64,000 bases of DNA from Candidatus Dormibacteria bacterium (GTDB lineage: Bacteria; Chloroflexota; Dormibacteria; Aeolococcales; Bog-877). A program made the translations under genes and the position numbers. A model generated the notes under the pieces. The model was not told where the DNA came from and did no database searches. It worked only from the letters and a program-made list of their open reading frames with translations. This document shows positions 43,025-52,148 of the stretch, one piece after another. Location: NCBI GenBank assembly GCA_050734515.1, contig JBOHUM010000099.1, positions 3,123 through 67,122 of the forward strand, given 5' to 3'. The first letter of the stretch is position 1, and each line of letters begins with the position of its first letter.

Positions 43025-43395
43025 TCCGGAGCCCGATCCCCCGGGGTCTGGTCGGAGCCCAGGCGCTTCATCAGATCTTCGATCAGCCGCCTGGCCTCGG
43101 GGTCCTCCATCAGGCGCTGCCGGACCGCGTCCGCCGCCTGGCGCATCTGGGGATCGTCCATCAGCCGCTCCTGCATCTGGCTGAACTGGGTCAGCATCTC
43201 CTTGGCGGCGGTCTCCTGGGCGACCTGGAGAAGGACCGGCTGGGAGGCGGCTCCCACCACCGCCTCAAGTTGCTGGCGCACCATCTCGATGCCCTTGCAG
43301 CCCAGACACTCGCCCTTGAACTGGCAGTGGCAGAGCTGGCGCTTGGCGGCGTCCAGCTCGCGGTGGAGCCCGCTCAGGTCAATCGGCTCGGCCAC
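43021..43395 (-). CDS. small Cys-cluster protein with a DP-repeat helical tail (hypothetical)
   Basis: 124 aa. CHCQFKGECLGC (four Cys within 12 residues), then LMDDPQMRQAADAVRQRLMEDPEARRLIEDLMKRL. No family recognised. Confidence 0.55.
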   Translation of the reverse strand: MAEPIDLSGLHRELDAAKRQLCHCQFKGECLGCKGIEMVRQQLEAVVGAASQPVLLQVAQETAAKEMLTQFSQMQERLMDDPQMRQAADAVRQRLMEDPEARRLIEDLMKRLGSDQTPGDRAPE

Positions 43396-43450
43396 CGGCC
43401 AAGGTTACCTGGGGCCGCCCGCGGGCGGCGCCGGCGCGGGGCCGCCTCCC

Positions 43451-44254
43451 TCAGTCGGCGGGTCGAATCGGCCGGCGCGCCCGGATCAGGGCGTGCCAGT
43501 AGCGGTGGTAGTAGCGGCCCTCCCGCCACTGGGGCGAGAGCTGACCGCGAACCGCCTCGGGAGCGGTCTCGTAGTAGTCGAGCAGGCGGCTGCGCACCCG
43601 CTCCCCCACCCCCGCCAGCTCGAACCACTCCAGAATGTCCTTCTCCTGCTCGATCCGCTCGGCGTGCTCGACCAGAAAACCCATCGACTGGAGCAGGGCT
43701 CGCCATTCCTCTAGGGCCCGGCTGCGAACGTGGGAGGGGTCACGGCCGACCTCCACCACCTCCAGCCAGTCCCGGACCACCGGCGGCGGCGAGCAGTCGC
43801 TGACCGCGAAGACCCCTCCCGGCCGCAGCACCCGGTAGGCCTCGGCCAGAGCGGGCACCAGGTGGCGGAAGTGGTGGGGAGCGGAGCGCACCAGTACCCG
43901 GTCGAAGCTGCGCGCCGGGAAGGGCAGGGCCTCGGCGTCGCCCTGCACGAAGGTGACGTTGCGGAGCTCGCGCTCGGCGGCGGCCGCCCGGGCCTGGTCG
44001 AGCATGGACTCGGTCAGGTCCAGCCCAACCACTTCCCGCACCGCTGGGGCCGCGGTCAGGGCGCAGTGCCCGGTCCCGGTGGCGAGGTCCAGCACCCGAT
44101 GGTTGGGACGCAGCTCCGCCACCGCCATGAAGCGCGCCAGCGAGATCGGGTCGGCGTGGCTCGGACTGCGCCGGTAGGCCTCAGCCACCCGGGAGAACTG
44201 GGCCTGGCTGTCCACGGGCTGCGCCCCCGCCTCGATCCCCCCGGCGTCGGTCAC
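43451..44254 (-). CDS. class I SAM-dependent methyltransferase
   Basis: Motif I VLDLATGTGH, then ...FVQGDAEALPFPARSFDRVLVRSAPHHF. GTGA overlap with the upstream stop. Confidence 0.85.
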   Translation of the reverse strand: MTDAGGIEAGAQPVDSQAQFSRVAEAYRRSPSHADPISLARFMAVAELRPNHRVLDLATGTGHCALTAAPAVREVVGLDLTESMLDQARAAAAERELRNVTFVQGDAEALPFPARSFDRVLVRSAPHHFRHLVPALAEAYRVLRPGGVFAVSDCSPPPVVRDWLEVVEVGRDPSHVRSRALEEWRALLQSMGFLVEHAERIEQEKDILEWFELAGVGERVRSRLLDYYETAPEAVRGQLSPQWREGRYYHRYWHALIRARRPIRPAD

Positions 44255-45828
44255 AAGGGATAACCCGCGAGCAGAGTATCGAGCGGGATCGGGTCCAGAT
44301 CCTTGGGGCCGCCGAAGCGAACGTCTATCTCGGCCTCCAGGTCCTTGACCAGCTCCCGCAGCTGGGCGAGGTCATTGGAAGCGTCGTTGTTGTCGGCGTA
44401 GGCCCCGACCAGCTTGCCGTCCTCGAAGAGCGCCACCCCCACGCCCTCCTGGGCGTGTACCACCAGGCCCCCGCTGGAGGAGTGCTTGCTCAGGTAGCTG
44501 CGCAGGCCCTCCAGGTTGACGAACATGGCCCCCAGCCCGGCGAAGCGCACTGGCGCGTGCAGCAGCAGGCCCAGGCCCCGAGCGATCTGGCGCGAGTAGC
44601 TGATCACGTTGAGGGTGTCCTGGCTGTTGGGGAAGTTGGGGAAGGAGATCCGGTTGGTCGTCGTCAGGCTGCCCTGGCGGTCGTTGGCCACGGCCACCAC
44701 GTAGCCGTCTACCAGGACCACGTAGCCGTTGCTGCCGTCGACCCCGATCACGTGCATCACGCCGGTGTGGCCCTCGCCGGCCAGATGGCGGAGCAGGCGC
44801 GCCGGGTCGGTGAATCCTGCCCGCAGGTTGCGGAAGACCACGTCCCCCTGCGGCAGCGGGAAGGAGCGGCCCTCCTGGAGGGCGATCTGCGCCGATTGGA
44901 CGGCCACCACCGGGGCCGGGGCCGGGAAGATGGCCGGCTCCACCGTCCGGGGCGAGGCCGGGACCACCCAGGGCTCGGCCGCGGCAACCTCCTCGGTGAC
45001 GCTGTCCAGGCCGGTGGGCTCGATCCCCGAGGGGTCGTCCAACGGCGCCTCGGCACTGATCTCCTCGACCTCGGCCTCGGCCCCCAGCCCGGGGGTGGCC
45101 GCGTACGCGGCTTCACCAGCATCGGCCGAGCTCGACTCCGACGTCTCGGCGCCACCGGCCCACGGGGCCACCACCTCAGCTCCGGGCTGCAGCCAGTCGA
45201 GGCCACTGGCGTCGGCGGAGGTCTCCTCCAGCACTGCGGGGGTGAAGGTGTCCGCCTCGTCGTCGCCCTCGCCGGCGGCCCAGGGTCCGCCCGCGACAGG
45301 CTCGGCCTCAGGGCCGGTGCTGCCCTCGAAGGTGCCGGCGCTCCAGGTGGAGAGGTCAGCAGCGTCCGCCGTCGCCTGGTCCTCGGGCTCGTCCTGGTCG
45401 TCCTCCGGCTCGACCGCGCTCCAGGTCGCCTGGCCGTCCTCGGCCCCCTCGGCGGCCGGCTCCGCCTCCGGCTCGTCCTCTTCATCCGGCGAAGACCCCG
45501 CCGCCTGTTCCACCGCTGAGGGAATCGGCGGCAACTCCTCGGCGCCCACCTCTGCGTTCACGGACCCTTCCTCCTCGTTCTCCTCGTCCTCGTCCTGAGC
45601 GCGGCCATCCTTGCGGCGCCCGAAGACCATCAGCAGACTTGCGTCGGACCGGGGCGGAAGCTCGACCCAGGGCCGCGTCCCCAGCGCCGGCACCGGCACC
45701 AGGGCCGGCTGCCGGGGCCGCCCCAGAGTGCGGAGCAGCTCACGCAGGCCGTCACCGAGCCTCCCCAGCTCCCCCCGCGCGGTGGTGGCCGCCCTTCCCA
45801 ATCCGTTTCGGGGCTGAGTTGACTTCAT
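44251..45828 (-). CDS. acidic, Trp-punctuated disordered protein with a duplicated C-terminal globular domain (hypothetical)
   Basis: 525 aa. Residues ~75-300 are D/E/A/P-rich. The C-terminal ~200 aa contains two similar modules (...LLRHLAGEGHTGVMHVIGVDGSNGYVVLVDGYVVAV... and ...LRSYLSKHSSSGGLVVHAQEGVGVALFEDGKLVGAY...), reminiscent of DUF4388/PATAN-like domains. GC3 is high throughout. Confidence 0.6.
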   Translation of the reverse strand: MKSTQPRNGLGRAATTARGELGRLGDGLRELLRTLGRPRQPALVPVPALGTRPWVELPPRSDASLLMVFGRRKDGRAQDEDEENEEEGSVNAEVGAEELPPIPSAVEQAAGSSPDEEDEPEAEPAAEGAEDGQATWSAVEPEDDQDEPEDQATADAADLSTWSAGTFEGSTGPEAEPVAGGPWAAGEGDDEADTFTPAVLEETSADASGLDWLQPGAEVVAPWAGGAETSESSSADAGEAAYAATPGLGAEAEVEEISAEAPLDDPSGIEPTGLDSVTEEVAAAEPWVVPASPRTVEPAIFPAPAPVVAVQSAQIALQEGRSFPLPQGDVVFRNLRAGFTDPARLLRHLAGEGHTGVMHVIGVDGSNGYVVLVDGYVVAVANDRQGSLTTTNRISFPNFPNSQDTLNVISYSRQIARGLGLLLHAPVRFAGLGAMFVNLEGLRSYLSKHSSSGGLVVHAQEGVGVALFEDGKLVGAYADNNDASNDLAQLRELVKDLEAEIDVRFGGPKDLDPIPLDTLLAGYPL

Positions 45829-45970
45829 CGCAGCGCTCCCCTACGGCTGGCCCACGAACGCGCCCAGACCCCTCGAGCACGATCGCGCCCACGGCCGGCG
45901 TTTCACTGGGGAAGTGTAGCCGCGCCGATCGAGGATTGCTTCCCTGGCCTTCGCCGCCGGCCGGGTCCGA

Positions 45971-47140
45971 TCAGGCGGGCTGGGGGGCGGTGGCGGCAGC
46001 GCCGGCTGGGGCGTCGGGGCCGGTGAACTGGAGGCGGCGCAGCCATTGCTCCGGGTGGCGCACCTCGGACCAGCTGGGCAGAGCCTCGGCGCCGCTCCAG
46101 ACCCGGTCCAGGGCTGCGGGGCCGCCAACCTCCAGGATTCGGCGCAGGAAGCGCTCGCCCTGCTGGTACTGGTGCATCTTGAGGGCCACTCCCGAGATCC
46201 AGAGCAGCAGCCGCTCAGCGGGCTCCGGCTGCTCGTGGCGGCGGTGGAAGGCCTGGTCGAGGGTGTCGAAGTCCGGGAGGTGCTGGCGGCCGGCCTCGCG
46301 CATCACGTAGTTGCCGTGCCCCTCGAGCACCGCCATCACCGCCTGCAGCCGACCCACGATCGCTAGCTGGGGCCCGAGGTTGCGGGCCGCCTGGACGAGC
46401 TCGCTGAGCCCCAGCCGGGGCCCGCCCCCCGGGAGTCGGCTCAGCTCCCGAACCATCTCCATCAGGTGGGGCCGCAGCCAGGAGTGGTTCTCGAACTGCC
46501 AGGCGTGGGTGAGCTCGTGGAGCATGAGCCAGCGCCGCAGCGAGTTGAGCGGCAGTTCGGATCGCTCCGAGAATTGGCGCACGTTGGGTTCCACGATCAG
46601 CAGCGCCGGAGTGGGCAGGTCAGGGGCGCCCGGCGGCTCGTCCTCGTCGAAGCTGAGCACGGGGTCGTACTGGCCCAGGACCCGACGAGCCATGAAACCG
46701 AGCAGGGTGCCCACATATAGGCTGGTCGGCACCCGCATCAGTGGGCTGGGCCGCATTGCCCCCCAACCCGCCTGGCGCTCCTCGATGGGTCGCAGCAGGC
46801 GGCGCATCATCGCCAGGTTCTGGTCGACGAAGCCGTGGCGGCCGATCACCCGCACCCGGCCGAAGCTGGCCTCTCCGGGCCGACTGCGACACGCCTCCGC
46901 CAGCCAGGGAACGAGCTCGGCCACCAGGGGGTCGTAGTCCAGTCCCGCCGCCTCGACGTCGGCCATGCCGTCGCCGCCCGCCCGCGAGTAGGCAGTGCGC
47001 CGGACCAACTCCCAGTCCAGCAGCGGAGCCTCGGGGTCCGCCAGCGACCTGGACAGGCGCCGCTCGGCGGCGATGGCCACCCCCGCCGCCACCGCCGACC
47101 AGGTAACCACCGACTTGAGATCGGGCACGGCCCCGATCAT
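45971..47140 (-). CDS. DUF2342-family zinc metalloprotease (F420-biosynthesis-associated type)
   Basis: HExxH motif in LMLHELTHAWQF. The overall pattern matches the actinobacterial DUF2342 family. Confidence 0.8.
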   Translation of the reverse strand: MIGAVPDLKSVVTWSAVAAGVAIAAERRLSRSLADPEAPLLDWELVRRTAYSRAGGDGMADVEAAGLDYDPLVAELVPWLAEACRSRPGEASFGRVRVIGRHGFVDQNLAMMRRLLRPIEERQAGWGAMRPSPLMRVPTSLYVGTLLGFMARRVLGQYDPVLSFDEDEPPGAPDLPTPALLIVEPNVRQFSERSELPLNSLRRWLMLHELTHAWQFENHSWLRPHLMEMVRELSRLPGGGPRLGLSELVQAARNLGPQLAIVGRLQAVMAVLEGHGNYVMREAGRQHLPDFDTLDQAFHRRHEQPEPAERLLLWISGVALKMHQYQQGERFLRRILEVGGPAALDRVWSGAEALPSWSEVRHPEQWLRRLQFTGPDAPAGAAATAPQPA

Positions 47141-47146
47141 ATGCTT

Positions 47147-48025
47147 CTAGGAGCCGGCCGCCCGGCGGTGGAAGCTCAGCTCCCGGCCCACCGGCAGGAA
47201 GCCCAGCGGCTGGTAGAGCCCCACCAGGCTGAGGTCGCCAAAGCGCAGGACGGGAAGGTATCCGGCGTCCAGGGCGGCCCGACCCGCCGCCAGGGTCACG
47301 GCGGAGGCGGCGCCCTGGCGGCGCAACTCGGGCAGGGTAGCCACGCCGCCGACCTCCACCATGGCGGCGAACTGCTTGGTCCACCTCGCCGCCGCGATCA
47401 CGGTTCCGCCCTCCTCGACCACCCAGGCGCGCTCCCGCGCCAGCCGCTCCCGCCACGCCGAGGCGGACTGGCCACCCATCCAGCTGATCTTCTCGTAGAG
47501 CACTTGGATGCCAACCGCGTCCTCGGGCCGGCCGGGGCGCACCGCCGGCCAGGCTTGCCGGGGTTGGCCCAGCTCCCAGCCGACCGCGACCTCCCGGGGG
47601 TAGCAGTCGAAGTCGGGCAGTTTCAGTTCCGGAAGGTGGCCCTCAATTAGGGAGAGGCGCCGGATCCGCGAAGCCGCCCGCCGGACCAGCCTCTGGGCCC
47701 CAGGGCCGTCCTCGGGGAAAGGCGCCAAGACCCCGAGGATCCCCTCCGCGTGGATGGCCAGGGCGCGGATCTCGTCGGCCTGGCCGCGAACCGCCTCGAC
47801 CTCCGCCCCCGAGCGAGCCCCGGCTTGCTCCATGTAGTCGCCCGCCGCCAGCCCGGCCCAGCCCAGGGCGCGCAGAAAGCCGAGGACGGCGGCGGCGTCC
47901 GTCCCGGCCATGGCGACCCGAGCGAATCTGCGCACCGCCCATGCCTCTTCCGACTTCACCCGGCAATCATCGCCAAGCCGGCCTCCCTCAGCCCAGCTGG
48001 CAGCGGCGGCCGGCCCTGCTAGCAC
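47147..48025 (-). CDS. GNAT-family N-acetyltransferase
   Basis: C-terminal GNAT core [30 protein letters not shown]...[11 protein letters not shown]. The start is uncertain: the track start at 48025 runs into the CIRCE element, and GTG 47959 is an alternative. Confidence 0.75.
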   Translation of the reverse strand: MLAGPAAAASWAEGGRLGDDCRVKSEEAWAVRRFARVAMAGTDAAAVLGFLRALGWAGLAAGDYMEQAGARSGAEVEAVRGQADEIRALAIHAEGILGVLAPFPEDGPGAQRLVRRAASRIRRLSLIEGHLPELKLPDFDCYPREVAVGWELGQPRQAWPAVRPGRPEDAVGIQVLYEKISWMGGQSASAWRERLARERAWVVEEGGTVIAAARWTKQFAAMVEVGGVATLPELRRQGAASAVTLAAGRAALDAGYLPVLRFGDLSLVGLYQPLGFLPVGRELSFHRRAAGS

Positions 48026-48045
48026 TCAAGGCTTGCGAGTGCTAA
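48019..48045 (+). promoter_or_regulatory. CIRCE element (HrcA operator)
   Basis: CTAGCACTC-N9-GAGTGCTAA versus the consensus TTAGCACTC-N9-GAGTGCTAA (one mismatch). Lies 50 nt upstream of the groEL ATG. Confidence 0.85.
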
Positions 48046-48094
48046 CATGACGGCGACCGAAATCAGCGCTCGGCTGGGGAACCAGGAGGGACGA

Positions 48095-49702
48095 ATGCCC
48101 AAGCAGTTGCTATTCGACACCGAGGCCCAGGCGGCCCTCAAGCGGGGGGTCGACAAGGTCGCGGACGCGGTGCGGATCACGATTGGCCCCAAGGGCCGCA
48201 ACGTGGTCCTCGACAAGAAGTTCGGCAGCCCCACGATCACCAACGACGGCGTCACCATCGCCAAGGAGATCGAGCTCGAGGATCCCTTCGAGAACATGGG
48301 CGCCCAGCTGGTCAAGGAAGTGGCCAGCAAGACCAACGACATCGCCGGGGATGGCACCACCACCGCCACCGTCCTGGCCTCGGCAATGATCAACGAGGGG
48401 CTACGCCACGTGGCCGCGGGGGCTAACCCGGTACAGCTAAAGTCCGGGATCCAGAAGGCGGTCGATCACGTCATCGAGGAGATCAAGAAGCACTCCGTCC
48501 CGATCAGCGAGCGCGAGAAGATCGCCCAGGTTGCCTCCATCTCCGCCGCTGACACCGGCATCGGCGAGACCGTCGCCGAGGCCATGGAGAAGGTGGGCAA
48601 GGACGGCGTGATCACGGTCGAAGAGTCCAAGGGCATCGAGACCGAGCTGGACCTGGTCGAGGGCATGCAGTTCGACAAGGGGTACATCAGCGCCTACATG
48701 GTCACCAACGCCCAGGCCATGGAGGCGGCCCTTGAGGACCCCTACATCCTCATCACCGACCGCAAGATCTCGGCGATCGCCGACCTGCTCCCGGTGGTGG
48801 AGAAGATCCACCAGTCCGGGAAACCGCTGCTGGTGGTGGCCGAGGACGTCGACGGCGAGGCGCTGGCCACCCTGATCGTCAACAAGATCCGCGGCATCTT
48901 CACCGCGGTCGCGGTCAAGGCGCCCGGCTTTGGCGACCGGCGCAAGGCCATGCTTCAGGACATCGCCGTCCTCACCGGTGGCACCGTGGTCAGCGAGGAG
49001 CTCGGGCTCAAGCTGGACTCGGTCCAACTGGACCAGCTGGGTCGGGCCCGGCGGGTCAAGGTGACCAAGGACGACACCACCCTGGTCGAGGGTGCGGGCA
49101 GCAGCGACGCCATCAAGGGCCGGATCGAGCAGATCAAGGCCGAGATTGAGAAGTCCACCAGCGACTGGGACAAGGAGAAGCTCCAGGAGCGCCTGGCCAA
49201 GCTGGCCGGGGGCGTGGCCGTGATCAAGGTCGGCGCTGCCACCGAGACCGAGCTCAAGGAGCGCAAGCACCGCATGGAGGACGCCGTCTCCGCCACCCGT
49301 GCCGCGGTGGAGGAGGGCATCGTGCCTGGCGGTGGCACGGTGTTGCTGCTGGCCCAGGCCGCGCTCGGCAAGCTCAAGCTCTCGGGCGACGAGCAGGTCG
49401 GGGCGGCGATCGTCCGCCGCGCCCTGGAGGAGCCCGCTCGGCAGATTGCCAACAACGCTGGCGCTGAGGGCTCGGTGATCGTCGAGAGGGTGCGCACCCT
49501 GCCCGCCGGGGAGGGCTACGACGCCGCCACCGGTGAGTTTGTCGACATGGTCAAGGCGGGGATCATCGACCCCACCAAGGTGACTCGTTCGGCGGTGCAG
49601 AACGCGGCCTCGATCGCAGGCCTGATGCTCACCACCGAGTCGTTGGTGACCGACATCCCCGAAAAGAAGGGAGCCTCGGCTCCCCCGATGCCGGACTACT
49701 GA
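48095..49702 (+). CDS. groEL: chaperonin GroEL (Cpn60)
   Basis: ATG 48095 preceded by [33 protein letters not shown]...[12 protein letters not shown]... Confidence 0.98.
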   Translation: MPKQLLFDTEAQAALKRGVDKVADAVRITIGPKGRNVVLDKKFGSPTITNDGVTIAKEIELEDPFENMGAQLVKEVASKTNDIAGDGTTTATVLASAMINEGLRHVAAGANPVQLKSGIQKAVDHVIEEIKKHSVPISEREKIAQVASISAADTGIGETVAEAMEKVGKDGVITVEESKGIETELDLVEGMQFDKGYISAYMVTNAQAMEAALEDPYILITDRKISAIADLLPVVEKIHQSGKPLLVVAEDVDGEALATLIVNKIRGIFTAVAVKAPGFGDRRKAMLQDIAVLTGGTVVSEELGLKLDSVQLDQLGRARRVKVTKDDTTLVEGAGSSDAIKGRIEQIKAEIEKSTSDWDKEKLQERLAKLAGGVAVIKVGAATETELKERKHRMEDAVSATRAAVEEGIVPGGGTVLLLAQAALGKLKLSGDEQVGAAIVRRALEEPARQIANNAGAEGSVIVERVRTLPAGEGYDAATGEFVDMVKAGIIDPTKVTRSAVQNAASIAGLMLTTESLVTDIPEKKGASAPPMPDY

Positions 49703-49733
49703 GAGGCACGGGCGCCAAGCCCGGCAGCCTTCG

Positions 49734-49772
49734 GGGGCGGGGTGGCCGACAGCCACCCCGCCCCTTGTTTTT
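49734..49772 (+). terminator. intrinsic terminator of groEL
   Basis: 13-bp perfect stem GGGGCGGGGTGGC-CGACA-GCCACCCCGCCCC, followed by TTGTTTTT. Confidence 0.85.
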
Positions 49773-49797
49773 GAATGGCCCGAGCCCGACCTCCCGC

Positions 49798-50751
49798 TCA
49801 GGGTCGCAACCAGGCACCGGCCAGCCAGGCGCCGCCGTAGCCCAGGACCAGGCCCGAGGCCGGGCCGAGCGCCCAGCCCCGGAGGATGCCCCACAGGACC
49901 CCGATCCGGACGGTCTGGCGGCCGCGGGCCAGACCGGTGCCGGCCATGGCCCCCACCAGCGCCTGGTTGAGGGAGGTGAAGTAGCCCAGGCTCACGGCCG
50001 CCAGGACGACCAGGGCCTGGACCAGCTGGGCCGCCGCGGCCATGGATCGGTCCACCCGGACGATGTCGAAGGCGACCCGGCGGAGCAGGGGCCTGCCGAA
50101 GCTCAGCACCCCCAGGGCCAGTCCCGCCCCGCCCGCCCAGCCGGCTGCCGTCAGCGGGAGAACCCGGCTGGAGACCAGTGGCCCGGTTGCGTTGGCGACG
50201 TCGTTGGCGCCCATGCTGAACGAGGCCATCAGGCCGATGAGCAGCAGCGCGGCACCTCCGCGCCGAACGAGCTGGGGCCAGCGACCCAGCGGCGAGCGAT
50301 CCAGGAGCAGCGTGAGACCGAAGCCGGCGGCAGCGGCCAGCGGCGGCGCCACCACCCAGAGCACCACCAGCCCCAGCGCCGCTCCCCAGCGCACCCCGGC
50401 CCCGGTCGCCAACCCCACCCCGATCAGGCAGGACACCAGCAGCTGGATGGTGGAGGTGGGGATCCGCCAGCGGTTGTAGAGGGTGGTGAGCGAGAAGGCC
50501 AGAGCCAGCACCAGAGCCGCTGCCGGCAGGCTCAGCCGGTGCTGGAGCAGGCCGGCCCCGACCCTTCTCTCCACGGCCTGGCTGGCCAGGCCCGCGCCCA
50601 GCAGCGCCAGAGGCGCCATCAGCAGCAGCGCCCGACGCTCCCCCACCACCCCCAGAGCCAAGGGCATGCCCATGCAGGCCCCGGTGTAGTGGGCGCCGAT
50701 GCTGACGGCGAAGGCCAGCGCCAGGGCCAGCAGCAAGAGGTCGAGCCCCAC
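49798..50751 (-). CDS. PiT-family inorganic phosphate transporter
   Basis: GAHYTGACMGM... and ...SMGANDVANATGPLV (PHO4 signature). Polytopic membrane protein. Confidence 0.85.
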   Translation of the reverse strand: MGLDLLLLALALAFAVSIGAHYTGACMGMPLALGVVGERRALLLMAPLALLGAGLASQAVERRVGAGLLQHRLSLPAAALVLALAFSLTTLYNRWRIPTSTIQLLVSCLIGVGLATGAGVRWGAALGLVVLWVVAPPLAAAAGFGLTLLLDRSPLGRWPQLVRRGGAALLLIGLMASFSMGANDVANATGPLVSSRVLPLTAAGWAGGAGLALGVLSFGRPLLRRVAFDIVRVDRSMAAAAQLVQALVVLAAVSLGYFTSLNQALVGAMAGTGLARGRQTVRIGVLWGILRGWALGPASGLVLGYGGAWLAGAWLRP

Positions 50752-50986
50752 CAGAGGAGCCTACCCCGGCGGCCGCCAGACGGGCTGGGCGGCGCACCGG
50801 CTGCAGGAGGTCGGGCTCCGCCAGCGCCTAGGTGCCGGACCCGCTGCGCTCGCGGCTAGTCTCCGTGACCCTGGCCGGACTAGAAGGGGTCTCCGCCGGC
50901 GAGGCCAGGCCAGCCCCGCCGTAAACTCCGATCCCCGTCGGGCCGGGGCCCCTTTCCAGTTTGGCCGGCCCGGGAGGAACCCACGG

Positions 50987-51493
50987 GTGTCGTCGAGGCG
51001 TCCTGATCCAGAGGATGAAGCCTTGGCCGAGCGGTGGGTCGGCCTGTACGGAGATCTGGCCTTGCGCACGGCGTACCTCTACCTGGGCGACCGCGGATTG
51101 GCCGAGGACTGCGTCCAGGAGGCTCTGGTAAGCGCCTGGAAGGCCCGCGCCAGCCTCCGTGACCCGGCCGCGGAGCGATCGTGGCTGATGGCGATCGTGG
51201 CCAACACCGCCCGCTCCCAACTCCGGCGCAAGGTGCCCATACCGACCGACGCCCTCCAGGCTGATCCGGACCCCACAGACCCTTTTGCCGAGCTGGCCCT
51301 GGCCTCCGATCTGCGCCGGGCCTTGGAGGGGCTGCCACTGGAACAGCGGGAGGTGATCGTGCTGCGCGTGTACCTCGACATGTCGGTGGAGGAGACCGCC
51401 AAGACTCTCAAGATCGCCACCGGAACCGTCAAGTCCCGCCTGAGCCGGGGATTGGAGGCACTGCGCCTGGTATGGACCCGGACCAGCGACTGA
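50987..51493 (+). CDS. ECF-type sigma-70 family factor
   Basis: GTG 50987 preceded by GGGAGG. Region 2: GLAEDCVQEALVSAWKA...SWLMAIVANTARSQLRR. Region 4: LPLEQREVIVLRVYLDMSVEETAKTLKIATGTVKSRLSRG. Confidence 0.9.
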   Translation: MSSRRPDPEDEALAERWVGLYGDLALRTAYLYLGDRGLAEDCVQEALVSAWKARASLRDPAAERSWLMAIVANTARSQLRRKVPIPTDALQADPDPTDPFAELALASDLRRALEGLPLEQREVIVLRVYLDMSVEETAKTLKIATGTVKSRLSRGLEALRLVWTRTSD

Positions 51494-52125
51494 TCGAAGA
51501 ACTCCAAGCCCAGCTGCGGGGCTCCCTCAACCAGATGCGACTGGGCGAGGTGGAACGTGAACAGCTCCGCGAGCTGCTGCTGAGCACCCCCGTCCGGCGC
51601 CGGCCCTGGCTGCGCTGGGCGATCCCCGGTCGGGGATGGGGTCGCGCGGGGGCGGTGGCGGCGGCATTCTGCGCCCTGGCCCTGGCCATCAGCCTTCCCC
51701 TGCTCCACGCTAGTCAGACGCCGTCGCCCACCCTCCACACCTTCACGGCCATATCCCCGCCGCGGCTCGGGGCGGGCGCGGGCGGCGCCGCGATACCGGT
51801 GCCTGCGTGCTCGGGCAAAGCCATGCTCAGCAGCTCCCGGCGCCAGCTCACCCTGGGGCGCCGCCAGTCGGCCGCGGTCGTGATCCGCGAGGTGGGCGGC
51901 GCCTGCACGCTCACCGCGGCGGTCAGCGGCCCCTCCAGCGCCGCGGTCACCCTGGTTGGCATCGGCACTGCTCGCCAGAACGGTGCCGCCGCCACCTACC
52001 AGTTGCTTTGGGCAGGGCACACCAGCGGCTCCCACCCGGGCGAACTGGCCCCGGGCCAGTACATGGTTGAGGTGCGCGCCGGCACCGGGCAGCACCTGAA
52101 GATCTCGGTCAGCGTGAGCGGTTAG
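51472..52125 (+). CDS. putative single-pass anti-sigma factor (no zinc motif)
   Basis: Overlaps the sigma gene 3' end by 22 nt. Short helical N-terminus, one TM (AVAAAFCALALAISLPLL), beta-rich C-terminus. Assignment rests on position only. Confidence 0.5.
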   Translation: MDPDQRLIEELQAQLRGSLNQMRLGEVEREQLRELLLSTPVRRRPWLRWAIPGRGWGRAGAVAAAFCALALAISLPLLHASQTPSPTLHTFTAISPPRLGAGAGGAAIPVPACSGKAMLSSSRRQLTLGRRQSAAVVIREVGGACTLTAAVSGPSSAAVTLVGIGTARQNGAAATYQLLWAGHTSGSHPGELAPGQYMVEVRAGTGQHLKISVSVSG

Positions 52126-52148
52126 GGCCGGGCCGGGCCCGGCCATGG

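Noticed and set aside
48437-50797. 786-aa minus-strand ORF, the longest in this part of the track
   Set aside because: It lies antisense to groEL and off-frame through the PiT gene. The translation is R/G/P/A low-complexity with no motif. This is a typical shadow ORF of GC-rich DNA, where stop codons are rare in non-coding frames.
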